DNA of 64,000 nucleotides from Gaiellaceae bacterium (GTDB lineage: Bacteria > Actinomycetota > Thermoleophilia > Gaiellales > Gaiellaceae): NCBI GenBank assembly GCA_045805965.1, contig JBJMKF010000016.1, positions 30,908-94,907 on the forward strand, written 5' to 3'. The notes under the pieces are model-generated. The model was not told where the DNA came from. It ran no database searches and was given only the letters and a program-made list of their open reading frames with translations. Shown piece by piece: positions 9,709 to 18,211 of this stretch. A program made the translations under genes and the position numbers. The stretch's first letter is position 1. The number at the start of each line of letters is the position of its first letter.

Positions 9709-10916
9709 TGCTCGAATACGCGGGATCACAACGAGCCGGCCTGCGCAACGAGCGCGACGCTCCCCATCTGCTGAGCGTCGCGCGCTCGCTCGACTGGGTG
9801 CTGTTCGTCGGCGTCGCGGCGCTCGTTCTCGTGGGCCTGTGGGGCGTCGCGGGGGTCACGAAGTTCGCCGTCCCGAACGATCCGAGCTACTACCTCAATC
9901 GCCAGATCCTCTACGCAGCCGTCGGCGGTGTCGTGCTCGTGGTCGCGGCGCTCGTCGACCCGGATCTCTACCGCCGCTACTGGCGCGGCATCTTCATCGG
10001 CACGGCGACGGTGATCGCGTTCGTTCTCCTGATCGGGCACGCGGCGCGCGGCTCGACGCGTTGGATCCACCTCGGCTTCTTCACGTTCCAGCCGTCGGAG
10101 TTCGGGAAGCTTCTCTTCGTGCTGGCGCTGGCCGGGCTGCTGGCCGAGCGCCAACGGGTCGTGGGCGCCTGGGAGACGACCCTGCGGGTCGTCGGGCTCG
10201 GCCTCCTGCCGGTCGTGCTCGTCTTCGCCCAGCCCGACCTCGGCACGGCGCTCGTTTACCTCGCGGCGCTCGGCGCGATGCTCTTCGTCGCCGGAGTGCC
10301 GTGGCGCCATCTCGCGGTGCTCGGAAGTCTCGTCGTGATCGTGGCGGTCGGCGTTCTCTGGGCCGGCCCCGCCGCCGGGGTCAACGTGCTCAAGAGCTAC
10401 CAGCAGCAGCGCTTGACGTGCTTCACGCATCCCTCGAACTGTCCGGCTTCAGCGGGCTACAACCTCGATCAGGCAAAGACGACGGTCGGCTCCGGGCAGA
10501 TCCGCGGACGCGGTACGAACGGCTCGACGCAGGTCAAATTCGGCTTCCTCCCCGAGAGCCAGACCGACTTCGTATTCGCAGCCTTTGCGGAGCAGCGAGG
10601 TTTCCTCGGAGCGGCGCTTCTGCTCGGGCTATATCTCATCGTGCTGTGGCGCGGGCTGCGTGTGATCACCGTCGCCCGCGACCTCTTCTCGGCCGTGGTC
10701 GCCGGCGGCATCGTGGTCGCGCTGCTCTTCCAGATCTTCATCAATGTCGGCATGACGATGGGAATCGCGCCGATCACCGGCATCCCCTTGCCGTTCGTCA
10801 GCGTCGGCGGCTCGTCGCTGATCGCGAACCTGGCCGCGATGGGCGTGCTGCTCGCGATCCACGCGCGCGGTCGCGTCTCTCGCGGGCGAAGAGCTTCGCT
10901 CTCCGCCCGGGGATGA
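9708..10916 (+). CDS. rodA: SEDS-family peptidoglycan polymerase RodA
   Basis: ORF 9543..10916. ATG 9708 overlaps the PBP2 stop (TGATG). FTFQPSEFGKL SEDS motif; multi-TM protein. Confidence 0.9.
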   Translation: MLEYAGSQRAGLRNERDAPHLLSVARSLDWVLFVGVAALVLVGLWGVAGVTKFAVPNDPSYYLNRQILYAAVGGVVLVVAALVDPDLYRRYWRGIFIGTATVIAFVLLIGHAARGSTRWIHLGFFTFQPSEFGKLLFVLALAGLLAERQRVVGAWETTLRVVGLGLLPVVLVFAQPDLGTALVYLAALGAMLFVAGVPWRHLAVLGSLVVIVAVGVLWAGPAAGVNVLKSYQQQRLTCFTHPSNCPASAGYNLDQAKTTVGSGQIRGRGTNGSTQVKFGFLPESQTDFVFAAFAEQRGFLGAALLLGLYLIVLWRGLRVITVARDLFSAVVAGGIVVALLFQIFINVGMTMGIAPITGIPLPFVSVGGSSLIANLAAMGVLLAIHARGRVSRGRRASLSARG

Positions 10917-10927
10917 CCGAACTGCGC

Positions 10928-10952
10928 CGACGGGAGACGCGGTCTCCCGTCG
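10928..10952 (+). terminator. Stem-loop after rodA (no U-tract)
   Basis: cgacgggagac-gcg-gtctcccgtcg is a perfect 11-bp stem lying 12 nt after the rodA stop. Confidence 0.35.
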
Positions 10953-11253
10953 GGTCCGTGCTGAGGGCACATTGGGCCTGTGTGGTTCGAATGCTTTGTT
11001 CTGACGTGGGCGAGGTTCGAAACGGTTCGACCATCGTTGCGCGAAAGGCCGGAGGCTAAGGCTCCCGCGTAGCGGGGACTTAGCCGCAGGCCGAACCGCG
11101 CTCGCGCCGGCCTCCGCCGCGCGCGAGCGCACGACAGTGACCTCCCGCCACAACGATCCCAATCCAAACTGCACGGAGCGGGCCGGAAACCGCGCTTTCC
11201 GGCCCGCGCAGTTCGGTTATCCCAGCGAAGCGAAGCGTCAGCTTCGTGCTTCG

Positions 11254-11445
11254 CTATGCGGCAGCAGGCCGCAGTCGCGCGCGCCGCGCTCTGATCGCGC
11301 GCAGCCTCTGACTCAGGCGTGCCCACGCCCAGGGCTCGATCTCGCGGTAGCGGCTCTCCGACTGGCTGTGTGTCGCCTCGAGGTACTCGAACCACGCGTC
11401 TGCCTCTTCGATCAGCAGGAGCTCTTCGGCTTCACGATTCGCCAC
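11254..11445 (-). CDS. Small hypothetical protein (63 aa)
   Basis: GTG 11445 is preceded by GGGAGGTG with a 7-nt spacer. MANREAEELLLIEEADAWFEYLEATHSQ.... Two hairpins follow the stop. Confidence 0.6.
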   Translation of the reverse strand: MANREAEELLLIEEADAWFEYLEATHSQSESRYREIEPWAWARLSQRLRAIRARRARLRPAAA

Positions 11446-11620
11446 TACGGTTCACCTCCCGGACGTGATTGGCCGGATCGTAGGTCCGGGCTCGGACGGA
11501 CTCCGCCGGTGCGATTGCTACCCTGGCGACGTAGGCCATGCCAAGCCTTTTCATTGACAACGAGCGCGCGCGCACCCCGACCGGGGTTGCTGGCGCGCGC
11601 CGCCACGAAGGAGTTCTTAC

Positions 11621-14359
11621 TTGCCCTGGTTCCGTATCCGGAAGAAGCGATCTTCCGACGACCAAATCTCTGATGTACCCGAGCTCGAGGCGAAGCCCGA
11701 GCCCGAGCTAGTCCCGGCCCGCGACGCGGCCGACACCGAATCAACCGATCCCACCAAGCCGAAGCGCCGGCGTGGTAGCCGCGGCGGACGAGGCCGGAAG
11801 AAGCCCGGCTCCGATTCCACCGCGACGACTGCAGCGCCCCAGCGGAAGGAGAAGGCGGAGGGGAAACAGCCGCAGCGCCGCGAGCTCTCCCAGCGGCAGG
11901 AGCGCCGCCGCGACCAGTCGTCGCGCCGGCGTCGCGAGCCGCAGCGCCGGGCGCCGCTTCCCGCTGCGAAGCGCGAGCTGCTCGTCTCCGTCGACGTCGG
12001 CGAGCGCCGCGTCGCGATCCTCGAGGACGAGCGCGTGGCCGAGGTCTACCTCGAGCGGCCGGAGCGCCGCTCGATCGCGGGCAACATCTACCTCGGCCGC
12101 GTGGACAACGTCCTGCCCGGGATGGAGGCCGCCTTCGTCGAGATCGGCCTCGAGAAGAACGGCTTCCTCTACGTCGACGAGATCGTCCGCCCCGAGCTCG
12201 AGAAGGGCCACGGCCGCAAGATCCAGGACCTCGTCTCGCGCGGCCAGACGATCCTCGTCCAGGCCGTCAAGGACCCGATGAAGACGAAGGGCGCGCGGCT
12301 CACCACGCAGATCTCGCTGCCCGGCCGGTTCGTCGTTCTCGTCCCGCAGGGAGAGGGCCTCGGCGTATCGCGCCGGCTCGACGACGACGAGCGGAACCGC
12401 CTGAAGGACATCCTCAAGCGCCTCGACGTGAAGGAGGGCGGCGTGATCGTCCGCACCGCCGCCGAGGGCGCGTCCGAGGAGGACATCGAGCGCGACCTCG
12501 TCTTCCTGCAGCGGCTCTGGCGCTCGATCCAGGCGAAGGCGAAGAACGCGAAGGCTCCCGAGCTGATCTACCAGGAGGCCGAGCTTCCGCTGCGCGTCGT
12601 CCGAGATCTCTTCACCGGCGATTTCGAGAAGGCCTACATCGACGATGAGCGCACGCATCGGCGCATCGTGGGCTATCTCAAGAAGACGTCTCCCCACATG
12701 GCCGAGCGCGTCGTTCGCTACAGGGAGAAGGCGCCGCTGATGGAGTCGTTCGGCGTCGAGCAGGAGATCAAGTCGACGATCAGCCGCCGCGTTGACCTTC
12801 CCTCCGGCGGCTACCTGATCTTCGACTACGCCGAGGCGTTCACCGTCATCGACGTCAACACCGGCCGCTTCGTCGGCGGCCGCGGGAAGAACTCCGGTGG
12901 CCGGCTCGAGGACACGATCACGAAGAACAACCTCGAGGCGGTGAAGGAGGTCGTCCGCCAGCTGCGGCTGCGCGACATCGGCGGGATCATCGTCATCGAC
13001 TTCATCGACATGGCCAACCCGAAGAACCGAGTGACTGTCGAGGAAGCGCTGCGGACCGAGCTCGAGCGCGACCGGACGAAGACCTACGTCGTCGAGATCT
13101 CGCCGCTCGGCCTCGTGGAGATGACGCGCCAGAACGTCACCGACGGCCCGCGCGAAGTGATGACGCGCAAGTGCCCGACCTGCGGCGGCGACGGAATCGT
13201 CTACTCCGAGGCTTCCGCGGCAATCGACGTCGAGCGGAGGCTCCGCGCACTCGCTGCCGGCTCGCGGGCGCTTGCGTTCAGAGTGGAGCTCGCGGATGCG
13301 ATCGCGAGCGCGCTCGTCGGCCCCGGCGCGCGTCGGCTGATCGAGCTCGAGGCGCTGACGAAGAAGCGGTTCTTCCTCGAAGGCAAGTCGGAAACACATC
13401 TCGACCACTTTGTCGTCGTCAGTGAAGGCAAGCTCGCCGATCTGGCTCCGCCGGCGCCCGTCGGGGAGGACGCCGAGACGATGCTGCAGCTCGTCGAGGT
13501 CGACCGCTACGACGCTGCTGCAGCTGTCGGCAAGCTCGACGGGCTCGACCTCGTCGTCGCCGACGCGGCTTCGCTTGTCGGCAAGCGTGTCAAGGTGCGC
13601 GTGGAGCGCGTACTCGACGGGCGCGCCTACGCCGTTCTCGTCCGCAAGACGAAGGAGGCGTCGGAGCCGCTCACGGCCGAAGGCGAGGCCGAGAAGCCGA
13701 CCCGCAAGCCGCCGGCGCGCAAGGGGGCCGCGGTTGCGAAGGACGCCGAGCCCGCCGAGATCGGAGAGCCGGTGGTTGTCGACGAGCCCGAGGCCGAGGC
13801 GGAGGCTGACGGCGAGGAGTCGGCGGAAGCCGAGGAAGCTCCGACGCCGAAGAAGAAGACCCGGCGCGGCTCGCGCGGCGGACGCAAGCGCAAGAAGCCA
13901 GCGACTGCACAAACGGCAGAGGCTGGGACGGAGGACGAAGCCGCCGCCGAGGAAACCCCTGAACCGTCGCGCGGGGTCACGATCCATGTCCCGGGCGACG
14001 ATCTCGGTCGGGAGGGCGGCGCCGAGGCTGCCGAGCCCGCGACTCCTGAGCCCGGGGCCGCAGACGAGCCCACGTCGGCGGAGGCCGTGCAAGAGGCTTC
14101 GGAGCTCGTGGATGAGCCCGGACCCGCGCCGGCGGCTTCGCCGACGGCGCATGCAGCCAAGAAGAAGACCCGCCGCGGCTCCCGTGGCGGGAAGAACCGT
14201 AAGAAGAAGCCTGCAACTGCAACCGCTGCGACGAATGGCGCCGAGGCGAGCGAGTCGTCAGAGCAACCTCAAGAGGAGGCGGAGCCGCAGCCCACGAACG
14301 GCGACTTCGAGTACGTCCCGATGTCGGAGTGGGGCGACGAGCTCGGCAGGAGTCGTTAG
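11621..14359 (+). CDS. rne: Ribonuclease E/G family endoribonuclease with Arg-rich N- and C-terminal extensions
   Basis: TTG start 8 nt after GAAGGAG. S1 domain GNIYLGRVDNVLPGMEAAFVEIG; catalytic core; CPTCGGDG Zn-link. Confidence 0.9.
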   Translation: MPWFRIRKKRSSDDQISDVPELEAKPEPELVPARDAADTESTDPTKPKRRRGSRGGRGRKKPGSDSTATTAAPQRKEKAEGKQPQRRELSQRQERRRDQSSRRRREPQRRAPLPAAKRELLVSVDVGERRVAILEDERVAEVYLERPERRSIAGNIYLGRVDNVLPGMEAAFVEIGLEKNGFLYVDEIVRPELEKGHGRKIQDLVSRGQTILVQAVKDPMKTKGARLTTQISLPGRFVVLVPQGEGLGVSRRLDDDERNRLKDILKRLDVKEGGVIVRTAAEGASEEDIERDLVFLQRLWRSIQAKAKNAKAPELIYQEAELPLRVVRDLFTGDFEKAYIDDERTHRRIVGYLKKTSPHMAERVVRYREKAPLMESFGVEQEIKSTISRRVDLPSGGYLIFDYAEAFTVIDVNTGRFVGGRGKNSGGRLEDTITKNNLEAVKEVVRQLRLRDIGGIIVIDFIDMANPKNRVTVEEALRTELERDRTKTYVVEISPLGLVEMTRQNVTDGPREVMTRKCPTCGGDGIVYSEASAAIDVERRLRALAAGSRALAFRVELADAIASALVGPGARRLIELEALTKKRFFLEGKSETHLDHFVVVSEGKLADLAPPAPVGEDAETMLQLVEVDRYDAAAAVGKLDGLDLVVADAASLVGKRVKVRVERVLDGRAYAVLVRKTKEASEPLTAEGEAEKPTRKPPARKGAAVAKDAEPAEIGEPVVVDEPEAEAEADGEESAEAEEAPTPKKKTRRGSRGGRKRKKPATAQTAEAGTEDEAAAEETPEPSRGVTIHVPGDDLGREGGAEAAEPATPEPGAADEPTSAEAVQEASELVDEPGPAPAASPTAHAAKKKTRRGSRGGKNRKKKPATATAATNGAEASESSEQPQEEAEPQPTNGDFEYVPMSEWGDELGRSR

Positions 14360-14373
14360 CTACACTGCCCTGT

Positions 14374-14395
14374 CGCGGGCGCAACGCCCGCGTTT
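14374..14395 (+). terminator. Hairpin plus short T-run between rne and rplU (possible partial terminator or processing site)
   Basis: cgcgggcg-caa-cgcccgcg then ttt, 15 nt after the rne stop and 8 nt before the rplU ATG. Confidence 0.35.
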
Positions 14396-14402
14396 CCACG
14401 CC

Positions 14403-15026
14403 ATGAGCTCCTACGCGATCATCAGTCTGGGCGGCAAGCAGTACCGCGTCCGGGAGGGCGAGCGGCTGCTCGTCGACCGCCTGCGCGCCGACGAGGGCGC
14501 GACTGTTGAGCCGCGCGTCCTGCTGGTCGGCGGCGACGGCACGCCGGATCTCGCGCCGTCCACGACCGTCACCGCGCGCGTCGTCGGGCATGAGCTCGGC
14601 GAGAAAATCCGCATCGGCAAGTACCGCCGCCGCACGGGCTACAAGAAGCACACCGGCCACCGCAGCCGGCTGACCCGGATCGAGATCGAGTCGATCGGCG
14701 CCGCGCAGCGCTCCAAGGCTGGAAGCACCGCCGGCAAAGCCGCCGGTGCCCGGCCAAAAGACCGCGCGGCTGCTGCCGCGCCCAGGGCGGCCGCCAAGCC
14801 GAAGGCCGAAGTGGCGGAGCCGAAATCCGCCGCGGCCCCCGCGCCGAAGGAAGAGACCGAGTCGGCGCTCCCGGAGGGCTACGCGGCGATGACGATCGCG
14901 CAGCTCACCGAGGCAGCAGGCAGCTGGAGCCGCGAGCAGGTCGAGGCAGCGCTCGAGCACGAGGGCTCCGGCAAGGCGCGCAAGGGCGCGCTCGCAGCAT
15001 TGGAATCGGCACTCGAGGAGAAGTAG
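14403..15026 (+). CDS. rplU: 50S ribosomal protein L21 with ~100-aa C-terminal extension
   Basis: [27 protein letters not shown]...[27 protein letters not shown] is the full L21 fold, followed by an Ala/Lys/Pro-rich tail. Confidence 0.9.
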   Translation: MSSYAIISLGGKQYRVREGERLLVDRLRADEGATVEPRVLLVGGDGTPDLAPSTTVTARVVGHELGEKIRIGKYRRRTGYKKHTGHRSRLTRIEIESIGAAQRSKAGSTAGKAAGARPKDRAAAAAPRAAAKPKAEVAEPKSAAAPAPKEETESALPEGYAAMTIAQLTEAAGSWSREQVEAALEHEGSGKARKGALAALESALEEK

Positions 15027-15028
15027 GA

Positions 15029-15283
15029 ATGGCACACAAGAAGGGACTCGGCTCGTCGCGGAACGGCCGCGACTCCAATCCGCAGATGCTCGGCGTGAAG
15101 CTCTTCGCCGGCCAGGACGTGACGGCGGGGATGATCCTCGTCCGGCAGCGCGGCACGCGCTTCCGCCCGGGCCCCGGCGCCGGGATCGGCAAGGACGACA
15201 CGATCTTCGCGATGCGCGACGGCAGAGTCGCCTTCCGGACGAGCGGCGAGCGCCGCTTCGTCTCAGTCGTCGACGCCGGGTAG
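15029..15283 (+). CDS. rpmA: 50S ribosomal protein L27
   Basis: [29 protein letters not shown]. Confidence 0.95.
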   Translation: MAHKKGLGSSRNGRDSNPQMLGVKLFAGQDVTAGMILVRQRGTRFRPGPGAGIGKDDTIFAMRDGRVAFRTSGERRFVSVVDAG

Positions 15284-15286
15284 GTC

Positions 15287-16474
15287 ATGTTCCACGACCG
15301 CGCGCGCCTGACGGCCGTCGCGGGCCGTGGCGGCGACGGCGCGATCCATTTCCGGCGGGAGAAGTACGTGCCCCGCGGAGGTCCGGACGGCGGCGACGGC
15401 GGCGACGGCGGCGACGTCGTGATCGTCGCCGATCCACGTCGGCGAGACCTGTCGGGGTTCCGTCCGAACCAGAGGCTCAGCGCCGGACGCGGCGGAGGAG
15501 GCGGTGGCCAGCTTGCTAACGGAGCCCGCGGAGAGGATGCGGTGCTCGCCGTTCCAGTGGGCACACAGATCTTCGAGGGCGACGAGCTCGTCGCCGACCT
15601 CGCTCACCCGGGAGCGCGCATAACCGTCGCGGAGGGGGGTGCGGGTGGTCGAGGCAACAAGCGTTTCGCCGGGCCGAGCCGGCAGACACCACGTTTCGCG
15701 GAGGTCGGCCTTCCCGGGGAAGGGCGAGAGATCGAGCTGCGCCTGAAGCTCCTTGCGGATGCCGCTCTCGTGGGTCTCCCGAACGCCGGCAAGTCGTCTC
15801 TGCTGACCCGGATCTCCAACGCGCGTCCGAAGGTCGCGGAGTATCCGTTCACCACGCTTTCGCCCGTGCTCGGGACGGTCGAGGCCTCCGACGGACGGCA
15901 GCTCGTTGTCGCCGACGTCCCCGGTTTGATCGAGGGCGCGAGCGAGGGGGTCGGCCTCGGGCACGAGTTCCTCGCGCACCTCGAGCGGGCTGCGCTGCTC
16001 GTGCACGTGATCGACTCGGCCGAGGACGATGCCGACGAGCGCTGGCGGACGATCGACGCCGAGCTCGCCGCCTACGGGGCGGGGCTCGACGAACGGCCGC
16101 AGATCGTTGTCCTCAACAAGATCGACCTGAGCCCCGAGCCGCCCTCGTTCGGCATCGAAGACGAGCGGATCCTCCGCGTCCTTCGTATCTCCGCCGCGAC
16201 GGGTGCGGGCCTCGGCGAGGTCCGCGGCGCGCTGTTCGAGCTCGTGCCGCAGGAGGAAGAGGCGTCGCACGAGCCCGTCGACGACATGGTCGACTTCCTC
16301 GTCTACCGTCCGCGTCCGTCGCGACGTGCGTTTCGCGTCTACCGCACCGAGCGCGGCTTTCGCGTCACCGGTACTCCACCTGCTGAGGCAGAGCTCGAGG
16401 CGATCCTCCGTGGAGCCGGGGCGCGAATGGGAGACGAGGTCGAGGTGGGGGAGGAGCTGCTCGAGTGGGAGTAG
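15287..16474 (+). CDS. obg: GTPase Obg/CgtA
   Basis: Gly-rich Obg fold GGPDGGDGGDGGDV; G1 motif GLPNAGKSSLL; DVPGLIEGA; NKID. Confidence 0.95.
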   Translation: MFHDRARLTAVAGRGGDGAIHFRREKYVPRGGPDGGDGGDGGDVVIVADPRRRDLSGFRPNQRLSAGRGGGGGGQLANGARGEDAVLAVPVGTQIFEGDELVADLAHPGARITVAEGGAGGRGNKRFAGPSRQTPRFAEVGLPGEGREIELRLKLLADAALVGLPNAGKSSLLTRISNARPKVAEYPFTTLSPVLGTVEASDGRQLVVADVPGLIEGASEGVGLGHEFLAHLERAALLVHVIDSAEDDADERWRTIDAELAAYGAGLDERPQIVVLNKIDLSPEPPSFGIEDERILRVLRISAATGAGLGEVRGALFELVPQEEEASHEPVDDMVDFLVYRPRPSRRAFRVYRTERGFRVTGTPPAEAELEAILRGAGARMGDEVEVGEELLEWE

Positions 16475-17019
16475 TGCTCTACGGCGGCGCATTCGATCCG
16501 CCGCATCTCGGCCACCTCGCCCTCGCCGATGCTGCGAGGAAGCAGTTCGGCGCAGACCGCCTGGTCGTGCTCGTGAGCGAGCGGCCGGCCCATCGCACCG
16601 TCCACGCGTCGCCCGAGGATCGGCTCGCGCTCGCACGCGCGGCCTTCCCGCGCGACGACGTCCGCCTCGATCCGTACCCGCGCACCATCGACCTGCTTCG
16701 GGCCGAGAGCTTCGACGACCCGGTCTTCGTGATCGGCGCAGACCAGTTCCGTGGCTTCCTCGACTGGAGCGAGCCGGACGCGGTGCTCGAACGGACGCGG
16801 GTCGCCGTCGCCACGCGGCCCGGCTTCCCACGCGCCGAGCTCGACGGCGTGCTCGCTCAGCTCGATCAGGCGGAGCGCGTCATCCTCTTCGAGATCGAGC
16901 CGAACCCAGTGGCTGCGACGGACGTGCGAGCCCGAATCGGCTCAGGGGAGCCACTCGACGGCCTGGTGCCTCCCGCGGTTGCGACGCTGATTTCGGAGCG
17001 CGGCCTTTACCGTCCATGA
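16465..17019 (+). CDS. nadD: Nicotinate-nucleotide adenylyltransferase
   Basis: GTG start overlapping the obg end. GGAFDPPHLGH (HxGH) motif. Confidence 0.9.
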   Translation: MGVVLYGGAFDPPHLGHLALADAARKQFGADRLVVLVSERPAHRTVHASPEDRLALARAAFPRDDVRLDPYPRTIDLLRAESFDDPVFVIGADQFRGFLDWSEPDAVLERTRVAVATRPGFPRAELDGVLAQLDQAERVILFEIEPNPVAATDVRARIGSGEPLDGLVPPAVATLISERGLYRP

Positions 17020-17423
17020 CTCGGGGATACACTGGAAGACACGCGATCCAAGGACACGAGCAGACTCTGACCTCCCTCCAACAGGCCCGCCGAATCGCCG
17101 CTCTCGCCCTCGAGAAGCTGGCGGAAGACGTCGTGATCCTCGACATGCGGCCCGAGTGCTCGTTCACCGACTACTTCGTGATCGCCACCGGTCGCACCCC
17201 GCGCCAGACCGCGTCGATCTGGGACGAGGTGCACGGGCGCTTGAAGCAGGAGGAGCGGCTGCTGCCGCAGAACGTCGACGGCACGCGCGAGGGCGAGTGG
17301 ATCGTGGCCGACTACCTCGACGTCGTCCTGCACGTGTTCACGCCGGACGCGCGGAGCTTCTACCGGCTCGAGGAGCTGTGGAGCGACGTGCCGGCCGTGG
17401 ATCTCGACGCCGCGGCCGTCTAG
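17016..17423 (+). CDS. rsfS: Ribosomal silencing factor RsfS (iojap family)
   Basis: ATGA overlap with the nadD stop. VILDMRPECSFTDYFVIATGRTPRQ...ADYLDVVLHVF. Confidence 0.85.
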   Translation: MTRGYTGRHAIQGHEQTLTSLQQARRIAALALEKLAEDVVILDMRPECSFTDYFVIATGRTPRQTASIWDEVHGRLKQEERLLPQNVDGTREGEWIVADYLDVVLHVFTPDARSFYRLEELWSDVPAVDLDAAAV

Positions 17424-18171
17424 GCAGGCTGCAGCCCCTTCGGGTCAGCAGGACGTTTCCGGCCTGTCTCGGGAGGCCGGTGACGAGCTTCCCGCCCATA
17501 CGGACGTCGAGGCTCGGCGGATCGCCGACGTCGATCCAGACGGGGCCGCTCTTCAGATTGACCGGCAGCGTCTTCCCCTGCGCGAGCGTCGCTTCGTAGA
17601 CCGTCGGCCCGCTCGCGCTGCCCGAGCGGATCCAGAGCCAGCAGTCGCCTCGAGACGCGACGAGGACGGCACGGGTCGGGAGCGCGACGGTGACGTGGTG
17701 CTTGTGCTTCTTCTTCGGCTTCTTCGGAGTCGTGTGTGTTGTGGTCGTGGTCTGCGTGGACACGGGCGGCGCGCCTTGGTTGTCCTTGCCGGATGAGCCT
17801 GCGAGCTGCCAGGCTGCCACCGCGGCGACGATCACCGCGAGCACGCCGACCGCGATCACGGGACTCAAGAGCCCCGAGCCGCGCAGGCGCGGGCCGGGTC
17901 CCGCGAACCGCTCGGGCACGAAATGCGGTTCCTCGTGCTGCGCGAAGCGGTTGTTGTACTCGTCGACGTAGAGGGTGCCGTCGAGGCCGAGATAATCCGC
18001 GTACGTTCGCAGGAATCCCTTCACGTAGGCGTCGCCGGGTAGAACCTCCCAGCGCTCCTCCTCGAGCGCCTGGAGGTAGCGGTCGCGAATCCGGATCGCC
18101 TTCTGGACGTCGGCGGCCGTGAGCCCTCGCTTCAGGCGGGCCTCGCGCAGGCTCCCACCGATCTCGAACAT
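17338..18171 (-). CDS. rodZ: RodZ-like cytoskeleton protein (N-terminal HTH, TM segment, DUF4115-like C-domain)
   Basis: MFEIGGSLREARLKRGLTAADVQKAIRIRDRYLQALEEERWEVLPGDAYVKGFLRTYADYLGL, then a TM helix and a Thr/Lys-rich linker. The 3' end is doubtful (see findings). Confidence 0.75.
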   Translation of the reverse strand: MFEIGGSLREARLKRGLTAADVQKAIRIRDRYLQALEEERWEVLPGDAYVKGFLRTYADYLGLDGTLYVDEYNNRFAQHEEPHFVPERFAGPGPRLRGSGLLSPVIAVGVLAVIVAAVAAWQLAGSSGKDNQGAPPVSTQTTTTTHTTPKKPKKKHKHHVTVALPTRAVLVASRGDCWLWIRSGSASGPTVYEATLAQGKTLPVNLKSGPVWIDVGDPPSLDVRMGGKLVTGLPRQAGNVLLTRRGCSLPRRPRRRDPRPARRSTAPRAGRSSARPA

Positions 18172-18211
18172 GCCGCATTGTCACGAATGCGGCGCGTAGC
18201 CGCCAATGTCC

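Noticed and set aside
10980-11040. GGTTCGAA boxes as a tRNA, tRNA fragment or integration-site remnant.
   Set aside because: I could not build acceptor, D or anticodon arms around them, and no flanking integrase or direct repeat exists.
11741-14152. Very long antisense or off-frame ORFs: 803 aa opposite rne, 859 aa at 23214..25793 opposite lon, 4098..5246 opposite mreB, 56596..58011 opposite dnaK, 59811..61238 opposite clpB, 27736..29259 opposite sucA, and many others.
   Set aside because: Their translations are monotonous Arg/Ala/Gly/Pro/Leu-rich strings without motifs. Each is the mirror or shifted frame of a gene with unmistakable conserved motifs. Stop-codon depletion in GC-rich DNA explains them.
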